A stretch of 64,000 nt of DNA from Epiperipatus broadwayi (Eukaryota > Animalia > Onychophora), in the NCBI GenBank assembly GCA_028023455.1, contig JAQFVV010000005.1, forward strand, positions 5,456,001-5,520,000, in the 5' to 3' direction. The position numbers were made by a program, and so were the translations under genes. Each line of letters begins with the position of its first letter. The first letter of the stretch is position 1. Below are positions 1 to 13,140 of this stretch, piece by piece. The notes beneath the pieces were generated by a model. The model was not told the origin of the DNA, did no database searches, and was given only the letters and a program-made list of their open reading frames with translations.

Positions 1-1448
1 TCATTTGATTATTATTGTTCTACTTATCAAAACAATACACAAAGTCATTAAAACTCAAAATGAGAGCAGCATTTACAGACACAATATGTAGAATAGAATT
101 CTAAAGACAAAATTAATTCAGAAAATATCAATTTGTATTGCTGCAATGAGAGCAGATTATTTTTTATTTTGCTATAGAAGCTTGTTTCTGCGTAGGAGTG
201 TATTTAAGTTCAATACATTTAAATTTTCTGTTATGTTTATATAAATCATTTTATATAATTTTTATTTCTTTAAATCTTAGAAAAGATAATTGCATAAAAC
301 TTCCCTGTTAATTGGATAACTTTATCTGTTTTAGTATTCTTCGAAAATAGAAATAAAATTAATAATAAAACTGTTACTATCATTAATGACAGTGGTATTT
401 TTAATGTTATCAATAATATTTTCTCTTTCTGTTCTTTTCATACTTTGCCCATTTATTATTGCTTTTATAACTTCATCACTTAGTCTTGTATTTACATATT
501 GGACTATTTCCATAATCTAATATGAAGTATTGAATATCTATAGTAAAATTAAACTTTATTTAAATTTTCCTATAAATTACATTCAACTGTTAATAAAAGC
601 ATACAAGTTAGTATTTACACACTTTCCTCTTTCCTTCAGATGTTGCTGGCCTGACCAGTGACAGTACTACCATGAGAATCAAACCAGAATCCTTAGATTC
701 TTGAATATTAAATTTTAAGATAAATTAATCAACTGAGCCATACTGCCAAACTTACTGATGAAGACTTCATAAGAGTTTCTCAAGCAGTGAGAAAATCATA
801 TTCTACATTACATGGAAAAATAAAAGAAATGCCCAAAGAAAAAAAACTTGCAAACCAACATGGGAATATCAAAAGTCATAATATATCAAGCAGCATATTA
901 CTTTCAACTGTTAAAAATCTCAGTTCTAAACATCTAAAAGATGCTGAAATTCTGTATTTGAAAAAGGATTAAACTTTGCCATCACACAATGGCAACCACT
1001 GAGAAAATCACTCAAAAATTGTCTTTAAAAGAAGCAGTGAATTATGTTGAAGAATAAAAAAACTCAAGAAGCAACAAACATTGAAGTCAAACATGTCCTA
1101 TGATGAGTGGAGAGCAATTAAATTTCTCAAAGTAGATAAATCTATATCTCCCTATTGACAAAACAATGCTACAGTTGTGATGGATACAACTGATTATGAC
1201 AATAAAATATACAATAATTCTTTACAGCAGGCCAATACAAATAAGTGGTAATATATCCAATCCAGAGTCCAGAAACAAAATTACAAGCATTACTCAGAAA
1301 TTATCACAGGTACTTCTGTAATCAAAAAAAAAAGTAAACTAACATCACATTTCAGCAAAGTTCTTCATTTTTATGGTCTACCTAAAATCCATAATGATAT
1401 GTTCCATTAAAACCTATTGTTAGTTCTAGAAATTCACTTTGCCAAAAT

Positions 1449-1928
1449 TTGTCAAGAGTTCTTCTCAAAGTTCTTAGTACTTTGGCATTTAAAACCCAGT
1501 CCTTTGTCAGAAATTCTAGACACTTTGTAAAATTAATCAAAAACATAAAAATTGAAAGAACTGACATACTAGTAAGCTTTGATGTGGAAAGTTTATTCAC
1601 AAATGTATCATGTGTAGAAGCATTGTCTATTGGAAGAAAAAGATTAAATGATGATAATAATAACTTACAAATCAGAACAACTCTTCATATTAATAGAATA
1701 ATGAATTTATTACCATTCTGCATAACAACAACCTACTTTCAATACAACACAAAATTCTTCCAACAAAATCAAAAAATGGCTATGGGCTCACCATTGACAC
1801 CCTTGATTAACAATATTTACATAGAAGAACTTGAAACCACAGCCATAAAGACTATTCCATATCCACCTCAAATTTGGTTTCACTATGCTGGTGATACATT
1901 TGTTGTATGGTCACATGGTAAAACATGA
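1449..1928 (+). pseudogene. PLE reverse transcriptase fragment (longest open stretch)
   Basis: Track ORF contains SFDVESLFTNV, TYFQYN, MAMGSPLTP and the decayed catalytic YAGDTF; flanked by stops and frameshifts. Confidence 0.92.
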
Positions 1929-2399
1929 CTAGAAACACATCAACACATGTCATTCAATTAAATTCATAATAGAGCCAAAACAAAAACAAAAATTGGCATT
2001 CTTAGATATTCTTGTGGCATGATTCCATCATGGCACAATCAAAACTAGTTTTCAAAAAGCCCACACATCCAGGAAAATACTTAGCATATACATCCAATCA
2101 CCCTAGAAACACAAAACATGGAGTTATACTATCACTATAAAATAAAAAAAAGAAGAAGTCTATTCAGAAACCAGTGACTTGTAAAAAGAAAATATCTATA
2201 TAGAACAAACTCTTACAAAAAAGGCTAACCATAAGCTGTTATTTAAAAAACCTTAATAGATAAATGTATCCTCAGATACCAAAAATAGCAGACATATTAA
2301 GAAAAATCTGCAATCAGTATAATATCAGAACAGCTTTCCAGAGCCATACTACACTATGAGGAATACTAACATCAACAAAGCCTAAACTTGAAATATTAA

Positions 2400-2680
2400 A
2401 ATGGAAAAACTGCATCTATGAAATACTATGTGAATGTGGAAGAATGTATATCGGTGAGACCGGTTTCCCCATTGAAGAGCAATTTCAAAAGCACTAACTG
2501 ATGATTAGAAGAGAGAAAACAGATGTGTCTAAGGTAGGAGACCATATATGCACCAATAAACATATTTTCAGTTGAAAAATATATAAAAATATTGGATAGA
2601 GATAAAAAGAAAAGAATAAAATTTAAAGAAGTTGCTCACTCACATGACAGTGGTGAATAACCCAACAAGTCAACCTAGTG
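2400..2680 (+). pseudogene. PLE C-terminal GIY-YIG endonuclease remnant
   Basis: CIYEILCECGRMYIGETG, followed by interrupted C-terminal remnants. Confidence 0.88.
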
Positions 2681-2792
2681 TGACTATGGATAAGGTATGG
2701 AAACCACTAATCAACTTTGCTCTAAAAAAAAAAGTGGAGAAATCAGGAGGAACCTCATAGATAAGTAAATATTTCTAGTGACTGTTATTTTT

Positions 2793-2865
2793 GGCAGGAT
2801 GGCTCAGTTGGCTAGAGTGTTACCCTAAAATTCAATATTCAAGAATCTAACATTCAATTCCCATG
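2793..2865 (+). promoter_or_regulatory. tRNA-like head (Pol III A-box and decayed B-box) inside the PLE terminal repeat
   Basis: GGCAGGA-TG-GCTC-AGTTGGCTA-GAGT forms a tRNA 5' strand plus D-arm. The inverted copy (~670-750) reads GGTTTGATTC at the B-box position, i.e. GGTTCGATTC with CpG decay. Confidence 0.55.
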
Positions 2866-2890
2866 TAAGTACTGTCACTGGTCAGGTCAG

Positions 2891-2933
2891 CAACACCTGA
2901 AGAGGAGAAGATAATACCTCTTGAAACATTGTG
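2891..2933 (+). ncRNA. Minimal hammerhead ribozyme remnant in the PLE terminal repeat
   Basis: CAACAC-CTGAAGA-GGAG..CTCT-T-GAAACATT-GTG. GAAACATT is consistent with CpG-decayed GAAACGTT (palindromic AACGTT); stem I is CAC/GTG. Confidence 0.6.
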
Positions 2934-4699
2934 CATAGACTAACCTGTGTGCTGTTACCAACAGTTGGATGTAATTGAAAAATTTAAATACAGTTCAATT
3001 TTTCTAAAGACATTCAATACTTAATATTAGATGGAAATAGTCCAATACATAAATACAACTAAAATACCAACATCACAAATCTTCAGAAAAACATCACTTA
3101 TTCTCTTTCTACTTCTATTCTTATTATTTTTCTTGCTACTATTACCGCTGCTACTGCCATTTTTACAGATTCTATAACATTTTTTATTTTGTCTATTTTT
3201 ATTTTTAATCTGCTCACGATAAATACTTTTATTATTATTATTGCTGCTATTACTTTACTTCCATTTCCATTATTGCTATTGTTAATACTGCAACCCTATT
3301 AAATATTTATAATTACTGCTACAAATGCTATAATTATTAAAATAGTCGTTGCTATTGTTTCTACGATTATTCAAACACTAACAATATTATTATTATTATA
3401 AATTTAAAAAAACAAAAACAATGAATCAATAAAGACCTTCTCATCACATGCCCATATACACATATATGCACACATACAGACATAAGCAAATCTAAAAATA
3501 AACATGTATGTATGCCCTTTAATTCTATTCGCACAATACTCAGATTAATATTAAGAATTACTAAATATTCTATTAGATTAAACTAATAAATGTCAAATGG
3601 ACGGTGCTCATCTGAGAAGCCAAATCAAAATGGTGCTTATAGAAACACTTTAATATTTCATCATGTCGAGTGACGTTTCCTTTTAAATGAAACTTTCCGT
3701 TTCTGTCAGAGCCACCTGTTTAAACACAAGCTCCTTTTTCTAAATTTACTTCTGTTTCTGATGTCATTTATGTTAACTGAAAGCACAGCGTAAGCAATCC
3801 AGTGTTAATAACCTTTTCTTTTTTTTTCTTTCTGCCTTTTTTCAAAAAAGTACTCCGAAAAGTTTTATAAATCTGCCATAAACCCGTGAATTAAACTCTC
3901 AAAAGATCAGATTTCTACAAATTCCTTACAGTTTCAAAAATAGAAGAATTAAAAGAAGATTTAAAAAAAGAATGCCTTTTTTTTTTCACTAAGATACTTA
4001 TTTTAGACGTACTTTCAATTTAATGATTTAATTTGGGGGGGGGGGGGACCTCATCTATTTTCAAATATCTATCAACATGTCTGCGTCTGGCAGTTTTATA
4101 TATAGATATTCATAAGGAATAATTATGTTAAAGATATTTCTATAATATGCAAAAGTAGCTTTTAAAAAATAAATTAAAAGCCTGTACTTTTTATAAAGTG
4201 AAATCCGTTATTATGTGTTTTAAGATGATGACCAACTATTTGGACATATTGCATTTATATTAATTAACTTTTTTTTTATAAGTAAGTTGTATAATTTTTT
4301 CAAAAAATGTTATTAAATATAAAGTTCGTTAAACTAAATATTTTTTGGAGCTCAAAGAAAGATGTCATTTTTCTATTCATAAAATTTGTTATACTATTCA
4401 TAGTAAAAAAATTATGAAGATTAAACTTTAAGTTGAAACAGATTCTCAAGATGAGAATATTCTGGGGGAAAGGTGTGGTAAGTTGGGCTTAAATATTATT
4501 AGAATTAATTTTAATAATATTAATGAAATTAATATTTCTCTTGTTTTCCTCATACTGGAATTAAAAATAAAAGTAATGTATCTTTAGTTATTTATTAATG
4601 GAATTTTTTTGAGTGCTAAATTATGGAATCGGTCTCTAAAGATATTAACAATAATTAATCCTAAGTCTATAATAAATTACTTCTTTTTACCCTCCCTAT

Positions 4700-5760
4700 A
4701 CTAGAACATCTTATTATACTATGAATACCAAGACTATCCAACTTTCCCTCCTAAAACAATCATGAAGTCAAAACTCACAATTAAATACAAAATAGTAATG
4801 AGTATATACAAAAGCTTTTATTAGGTAAATATATTCTCAATTAAAACAGCTAGTTTGGAACAATCGTTCAGCAGCTATCTCACTCAATCAACTACAACAA
4901 CCACTAAATCTCAATGGTCTTGGATTACATATGATTAATACATTCTAAGTACAAAAAAACAGTAAACCTCTTCATTTCATATAACAAATTATTCCCACAT
5001 ATAAAAGAGACATTAAAAATTATGTCAAACTGATAAACCACCACCACTACTGAAATTCTGGGAAAATCTCATTGTACCACTTCCACAATTCCTAACCTTA
5101 ATTTTCTCCTCTCCAGTTCAAAATAAAAATATTGGCAAATATTTACCCTTATTCAAATCCCTACCTCAAATCATGAAAAGAAACCAATACTTAATATAAA
5201 CAACAAACAACTGATTAAAAATTTAAATTCTGGTCACTTAAACCTAAGTACTTGGATTTTCTTATCAAAATAAATGTAGAATCCATACTTACACTTCACT
5301 TTTATAGACACAGAAGACAGTACAAGAATGTTGATGAATAATGCAGCCTTTGCCATAAAGATTCTAAAGTATTATCTTTTCTTTGAATGTGAGAGCCTTG
5401 AGATTATATGCAAAGCAATACCAAATCTTTTTAACAACCCCAAATATAATATCAATATCTTATTCCAGACATTCAAACAAGAAATTTTTGCAAACATTTG
5501 TGCTAGCACATTTGTGTTATATGCTATCTGGTATACCAGATGCAAACTTATGCATGATTGCGATCCCAGAAGACCTCCATACACCTTCTGGAGTAAACTG
5601 GAAACTTTTAAAGAAAGAGATAATAAACTATCATCCCACACAATGTTTGAAGACACTTGGTCTCTAATGCAACAACATCTGAAACCATAATAAGATAAAC
5701 CATCCTCTGAAAATGAATGCAACAATGATAAAACCCTTTTTTTTTATGTAAATAATGTTG
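4700..5760 (+). mobile_element. L1/Tx1-type LINE 3' remnant (zf-RVT region)
   Basis: CSLCHKD (~5342-5362) and YLFFEC in adjacent frames form a CxxC..HxxxxC knuckle, followed by AIWYTRC (WxxRN-like). The 5' limit is uncertain. Confidence 0.7.
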
Positions 5761-6144
5761 TATAAGTCTATAATGTAAAACCACTTTTTTTCTTAATCTA
5801 TCTTAGACTCTTCCTTGTGATCAAAACTGGGTTTTTTTAACCTGTTGTAATTGTTTCTTATAGAACAATAAATGCCTTTAAAACATATAATACATTAACT
5901 ATACAAAGACAAACATATTAAAATGGATGAAATGTGTAAACTTATAAAGACATTACTACTTGTATTGATTTTGATAATGTTAATTCATTTTATTAAAACT
6001 CAACTCTACCCAAATCTTCAGTAAATTAAATGATTATTGGAGTATTTTATTAATTACATTGATAATGCTTATTTCAATTATTGGTCTTTTGAGCACTATA
6101 ATTGTATCAATGATCAATGAAGTTTTTTCATCTATTCTCTAGCT

Positions 6145-6530
6145 GTCACATGATCACCATTTTTTATGCTTACACACGCTCTTTACACAGAAGTAAAACT
6201 CTCCTACAGTTGTGCCACTCAATGCAAGCCAGAGTAATCAATGGATGCAGAAACATTTGTGCATAAAATCCTTATCTAGTGCCTACTCATCCAATATTCT
6301 CTGACTCAAAGCTGGTGGCTATTGAAGGGTTGCATTAGATCTTAAGATCTAAGCCTCCTCACTGATGAAAGCCATAAGCTAGAAACTAGTCTGGGGAAAT
6401 TGGATGAGTAAGGCACTAGATAGGGATACACACATATTCCTACATCCATTGATTACTCTGGCTGCACTAGATTGAGTGTTGCTACTGTATGGAGAGTGTT
6501 GCATCTGTGTCTATTTCTAGCTGATAACAA
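6145..6530. mobile_element. Family A HHR element, foldback copy
   Basis: Left arm (~6145-6300) is the reverse complement of the sequence downstream of the HHR (~6395-6510). Matches 17720-18365 and 27756-28166. Confidence 0.88.
6356..6397 (+). ncRNA. Minimal type I hammerhead ribozyme, family A
   Basis: TCCTCA-CTGATGA-A-AGC-CATAA-GCT-A-GAAAC-TA-GTC-TGGGGA. Stem I is 6 bp; stem II AGC/GCT covaries with GGC/GCC in other copies. Confidence 0.85.
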
Positions 6531-7744
6531 AACTTTAATAAATGACTGATATTCATGACTACAGTAAATTCTTTATAGTAGTTGAAAATTTAATGAAGCA
6601 GCAGACTGAACTCACTGAAAATACTATGAAAAACTCAAAACTGGAAAAAAAAAACCCTTTATGACAAAAGATGTGAATGTTGTAACACACGGACATTTTA
6701 TGTATGAGTCTGATTTTATAGCTATGATTTTGTAGCTAATGTCTTGCATTGCAAATAATGCTCTATTTGTCCACAATCATAATTAAAATGATTATAAGGC
6801 TGCTCATTGGTAAGTTATTTATGCATTCAATTCTAATCATTATCAGAATTCATGGTTTCCAATGTTTTTATTAAATAATCCAGATTGCCACATAATCTGA
6901 TAATGTGATGATGGAATTTGTGATAACTGTAGTAAAATTAATAAATTTAATCATTTTAACAGCAAAGATCTGCAACTCACATTGCAGGTTACTGTTGTTG
7001 CAAATAAAAATACACTTCAATGCCTATTTAAAACTTCAATTTTTTAACGATACCCAACCAAGATAACCTATTTCCAGAAATGACATATCTTCTGACTAAA
7101 ATAATAATTCTTTGTCTTATGTCAGTGATGCTTCTTCTTTAATTTGTAACAACTTATCTCCAGGATCAAAGAATTCAAATAGAATTCCAAATAGACAAAA
7201 TTATCATTGATGATGGATTCAATTGTATGCAATGTTTAGTGCAACTGATAAAGTTTACAAAATTATTTATTGAATTTTATTTAAGTTATATGAATGTTAC
7301 AGCTTTCTGACAATAAGCAATTGTGTGTGAAAAATGTAACATTTATAGAAAAATAGCTACATGAATTTTCATGAATAATATTTAAATAATAATATCCAAG
7401 TTAATAATATCAAAAATTAATCTAATTATAATACATCAATAGTGATGTGGTTAATCTCAAATAATGTGCCATTACAATAAATAAATAAACACCAAGGCAT
7501 AATTCTTTGTCTTTAATTATGAAAAAAAAAAAAAAAACATCTCTTACTAAATATATACTAATGGAATAATGATATTTTAAGTTTATAAAAATAATGTTAC
7601 ATTAAATCTATCTCAAAACAATAGAATATTAGTACATGCAAAACACTTATTTTTTGCTCCTTTCATTACTATAATCAAATGACAGCACATGTATCTCTGA
7701 AAATTTATAAGTTAGTAAAAAAATTTATCATATAAATCGAGCAC

Positions 7745-7945
7745 TGATTGTACACATGTGTGGGAGTTTATGATCTGGCCCAAATGATGATGACTGCTGG
7801 TTCTGCATGACAATATATATATATATTGGAGATCATGTATCTTTTTTACACATGTGTGCTCATGTGTATTGGTTGCTTGAGATAAAGCAGAGGCTGAATA
7901 GATTGAAAAAATGCTGAGTTCAAATCTGTCTATTTACATATAATT
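7745..7945 (+). mobile_element. Family B HHR element, degraded copy (core mutated at 7772-7834)
   Basis: GATCTGGCCCAA-ATGATGA..CTGCTGGTTCTGCAT-GACA..TTGGAGATC; flanks align with 47660-47820 and 56890-57070. Confidence 0.8.
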
Positions 7946-10900
7946 ATTAGTAACTACTATTATATGATTTAGTATCGTTTATGCCTAGTGTTTTTCAGTA
8001 ATATATATTATTTAGAACTTTTTCAATCAGGTTTTTATAAAAGCTAACTGAAACTTGTAATTTTATTTTATGTACTATGAGATATTCTTCATTATTATAG
8101 GTGTGTGTATGTGTATATAATTAAAAAAACAAAACAAAACAGAACACAGAAATTGAATACCAATAGTTCAATAATTGATGATTTGGAATTTCTTTTAATC
8201 CAAAAAAAAAAAAAAAAATTTTAGAACATTTTAAATTTCCACAACTACCAGACTTTTTTATTTTAATAAGAATAAGATTATTCAAGTAATAATTTTTGGT
8301 TCATTTTGAATATAATAATATAAACACATTGTAAAGCAAAAAAAAATTAAAAACACAATAAATAAGTTTAAATAATTAATAAATTAAAAGCTTTCATTTT
8401 TACATTTTCAGATATTTTTAAGATATGAGAAAATTATCTAATACAGTAATCATAATTTTCACTTTTCTTCAAAATAGCAACTGAAAAAAAGATAATTAAT
8501 AAAAGTAAAACTTAATCTTTTTTTTTAATTAATAAAAATGTGCTATAATGTTAGAAGAAACCGCATCATAAAATAAAAAAATTTTAATAATTGAATTTAA
8601 AAAGCTTCCACAAACATCAACCTAAAAAAAAAAAAAAAAAGTAAAAAAACACAATCTTTAATCTATCAAATGTTCACAAATAAAAATAAAATGTAAATAG
8701 GGCATATAGAAATATACTATAAATGTATATTCAAAAGAATAAAAATAACTATTGTTATTGTTGAATATTTAACCTTTTAGTATCCTACATGTTTTAAAGA
8801 TAAAGACAATATACCATCCAAAAGTCTGAGAATTTTTTAGAGAAACCAAGAATATTGGACTAACCTGTATCACAAGATTTTTCCACAATATATTACTGCA
8901 CTTTCTGTCAAAGATAGAAAAAAATAGTTATTACAACAAATTTTTATCTAAAAATAAATGACTAAAATAATATTGATGAAATTTTATATAAAAAAAACTT
9001 CTTTTAAGGTAAAAAAAAATGCTGATAGTAAAATAAAATTATTTTTCAAAAATTCAATTATATATTGATTTAAACTACTTTAATAAAATTAAACTATTGA
9101 AGATAATCAAAGATCAATTTATATTTAAATTAACTAATAGAACCCCTCCCCCCCCCATCATGTCTATTTTTTTGTAAGGATTCTAATCTCAGATTGTAAT
9201 ACTAGAATATAGGTGTGCTAGTTACTATATGAATCATTAAGTGACTTTCTAAAACTGCTTTTGCACATGGACAGTAATATTATACATGCATGCAACATAT
9301 TTTAAGAATACCTGATAGAAAAGCTATTAATATTCTCATTCTCTCAGTGATTTGTAAATATTTTCACTTTCATTAAAAAAAAAAAAAACAAAAACATTAC
9401 TTCCATAATATTTATTTAATTCAGTGGCCCATATTTACACATCAAACTAGACTGAAACATTCAAATAGCTAAAATTTTGATCTTAGTCAATCAGCAATGA
9501 TAAGTTATATACACTAGAAATCTATTCAAAACTCTACACTAATAAACTAAGTTATCACTTAATTAACAATTTAAAAAAAATCTTTGAATAAAATAAAAAA
9601 TTATTTAGATAATTAAATGCTTTCAGACTATATAGGAAAGTGTAGATGTGAATGATAATGTGAAAAAATTATCAAATATATAATTATACGAAAACTAAGA
9701 ATTATTTATTTTATTATTTAGAAATCTCTTACAATACCAGTCAAGCTATAAAAGTTTGATATGAAGTCAAAATATTGCATATTTTAATAATATAAATTAG
9801 TTGACAACTGCAAAAAAGAACTTAAGTCTAAATATGGAATATATCAAAAAGATTATTAATAATATTCAAATTAACAATATCATTAAATAAATACTGAAAA
9901 CAACACTTAATTTTTTTATTATATCACTTAAGAGACATTAATGCTATCAAATCAATAATGGTATCTATAAACTTTCCTTTCATAGTATTTGTACAGATAG
10001 ACTGACACATTTTCATAGTAGTTATAACTCCAGTGAGATGTCTTGAATACTTTGAGAGCTTTGTCAGCTGTAGCAGTGCTATTAGAAGAATCTTTTAAAT
10101 GTAAAATATTAGTATGAGCTAAGCATGAGAGAAACATCATGCTATATTTACTAGCTTAAGTTAAAAATAAATACTGATTAGACCCAGGTCTAAATATTTG
10201 TGGGCATAGTTGGAATACATACTGTAAATAAAGGTTATGATAAACTATTCCTTCATTTAAGGTAACTCATAGAAAGATGTTTTTGTGTGAACAGTCAATT
10301 AAAAAATAGAAAAATAAAGTAATCCATATAAAAAAACATATTAGATCATTTTATAAAAGGATTTGAGACCTTTATGATTTTTATGGCCTCAAATACTTTT
10401 ATGAAACAACACAACATGTTTTTTAGTTGGATCATTTTGTTATTTTTCTACTTTTTAGTCAGCCATTTACATAAAAGTATTATTTTAAAAAATCTTTTTT
10501 TTTACATATTATTTTTTTTTGCTTTTTAGTTATATTTACATATTATTTTTAAAAATGGTTAAAACTATGAAACAACTGACAAAACCTATAATTTAATAAG
10601 ATATGAAATTAAAAAATATGCCCTCTAATAATTAAATTCTAAATTTAAATATCATGCAATCATCTACTATATAAAAATATTTATGTATTGGCTTTTTAAT
10701 TAAGTATGACTTAAATCAATATTAACAAAATTTTATTCTACAAATTTAATGTTTCTGTCAGATATATATATATATTATTTTAATTAATTTAATAATGAAA
10801 TCAATATTAATATAATTTTATTCTACAAATGGAATATTTCTGTTGGCTCAGTTGTTAAGGAGTTTTCTTGGGAAGTGTAAGGACTTGAGTTTGAGTTCTA

Positions 10901-12529
10901 TAAAGGAACATATTTCTTTCCATTGTTAATTCAAAAATGTGGACATACAGACAAAAATACAAACAGAGCAAGTTAATATAAAAGTATTTCAAATGATCTT
11001 TGAAGATCTTGAGTTGAAAAGCAATTCATCTTATACCAATGAAGAGCCATGAATTTTTTTTAGTAAATATGAGAAGAAGCCAAATCAAACTTGTTTTAAA
11101 ATGTGATCACTGAAACTTGAATGAAAATGCTGGAGCATTCCAAAAGCATGCAAGATTGATATATGAAATATTCAATACATATATTACTAAAAAAGAAATA
11201 CTTAAAACAAAGATTAAATTCATGTAAATAAATTTGCAATTGTTTCTTGAAAAAAAAATAAAAAAACCTTATCAGTTAGTGTTATACAATTATTCTATTG
11301 AAATCATTGGGAATATTTTCAATTTCATGTAGATTTTTCCAAATAGTTAGAACCGATGACTGGAATTATAGTTGTGTTTATAAATAAGTTCTGTTGATGA
11401 TTAACGGCAGATTTATCAAACTGCTTTAATAGTTGATGCTCATTGCTTTGCACAAATCATGCTGATAAGAATGGTGAACACAATAGTTAATGATTCCTGG
11501 ATCAATTCCCATTTATTGAAAGTAAAAAAAAAAAATCTAAACAAACTTATTTTATTCAACCAATTCATTTAATGCTTGAATGTTTCTTGCTATTCTGGGC
11601 TACCAACTGTATTTTTTATTTATTTAAGGTACCCTATTGACCTATATGTAAAAGTCTTACAGTACAACAGTAATGATTCAACTTGCCATGCCTAAAACTT
11701 GAGTTTAAATTCAATCTGTATAAACTAAAAAATTGTTTCATACATGTATTTTTTTTCCAGATAACTGGTCCATAGTTAACTTAAAAAGCCATGGTCAGTA
11801 TCTAGTTAGTATTAAGAGCATAAAGCAATAGTGAAAAACTACTCAAATTTTATCTATCCAATAAGTGCAAGTTTCACAGTTTCTCTATAAGAAAAGGTCA
11901 TAGAGGCTTTTACTTTAGAACAGATAATGAAATGTTCTTTTATTTAGCTTTTATTTTAACATAACAATGTAATCACTAATTAAAATCAGTAGTCTGAGCT
12001 TTAATGATGTGAACTAGAAATTAACAATTTGCATTTGTCTGATTTTGCTTCAACCTTCAATGGCTTCCAACAGTATGTGATACTGCTAGAAATTTTCATA
12101 TACCTTAATATTATAGAATTTTATAAATTATATGGGTATTCATCTCAATATCTTTCTAAGGATATCTATATTTTTCAAAAATCAAATTAGTTTGAATTTT
12201 GCTCACATAATGCAAGTTTCCCTCATTTTATTAGGTATCACATACCACTGTAGTCTAAACAATTATTTTATTTCTCCATTTTTTGCAATCTATGATTATA
12301 ACTTTTCTACCTTTTTTATACAAACATTATATTTTTTGTAAGTAACACTTACAATAAAAATTCAAATTATTTCATTATAATAACAGATCATAATTTTTCC
12401 AAAAGTAAGCAATCAATACATCCTAATTAAAAATAGTTATTTATACTGACAGATCACAGTTTAACAATATGTAATTGAAATAGATCTGCACTACCCAGTG
12501 AGATATGTAAAAGGAAGTCATTCTGGAAA

Positions 12530-13140
12530 GACAATATGATACCAATCTATTTTTTAATTTTTTTTTGGTAGTTAAACTTAGTTCAATGATGTTGTTCTAA
12601 ATCAGAGAGTGAACTCTAACTATTATTTTAATTTATGTACAGACTAGTTTAACTATTCAGAGAATCAAGGCAGTGACCCAGTTTTAACATCCTCCAAATA
12701 GCAAATGAAATGTCAGTTTTAATAAATATAACTATAAATAATTACAATATAATAATGTTAACCAATTATGAAAAGATAGAGTGATAACAATCTATCCTTT
12801 AACTTTGTTAGTATTTAAATTTAGTTCATTGACATTATTTTAAATCAGAGAAGGAAATCTGGGTATTATTCTAATTTATGTACAAAATAAATAATCTGAA
12901 ATCATTATTTAATTAATTAGAAAATCAGTTTGTGTCATTTGATATTTGGAGATTGTTAAACTGGGACTCTGCTACAATCCTCTGGATAGTTAAATAGTGA
13001 ACTTATTATTTATTCTGTACATAAATTCAAATGGTGCAGATTTCACTCTCTGATTCAGAACAACAATGAATTAAGTTTAAATATACCAACAAAGCTAAAA
13101 GATAGATTAATATCATTCTATCTTTTCATAGTTCACTGAT
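12530..13140. repeat. Compound direct and inverted repeat (a-b-a-b'-a')
   Basis: ~12537-12641 recurs at ~12769-12885 and is inverted at ~13015-13140; ~12642-12712 is inverted at ~12925-13000. Confidence 0.75.

Larger units (their letters stand above)
625..2960 (+). mobile_element. Penelope-like retroelement (PLE), near full length and decayed, with an inverted terminal repeat at the 5' end
   Basis: Frameshifted PLE ORF motifs in order: DEWRAIKFLKVDKS..DKNNATVVMD (~1095-1200), FYGLPKIH..VPLKPIVS (~1370-1425), SFDVESLFTNV, AMGSPLTP, WFHYAGDTF (decayed RYVDDTF), then GIY-YIG KNCIYEILCECGRMYIGET (~2405-2460). 625-750 is the reverse complement of ~2790-2905. Confidence 0.93.

Noticed and set aside
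754-775. CTGATGAAGAC as a hammerhead core
   Set aside because: No stem II/GAAA follows; it reads as PLE coding sequence (LTDEDF).
10820-10900. tRNA/SINE-like GGCTCAGTTGTTAAGG..GAGTTTGAGTTC
   Set aside because: Too degraded, with no tail, TSD or clear second copy.
12640-12662. Minus-strand CTGAATAGTTAAACTAGTC resembling the family A HHR end
   Set aside because: No stem II or intact core, and the inverted copy does not keep it.
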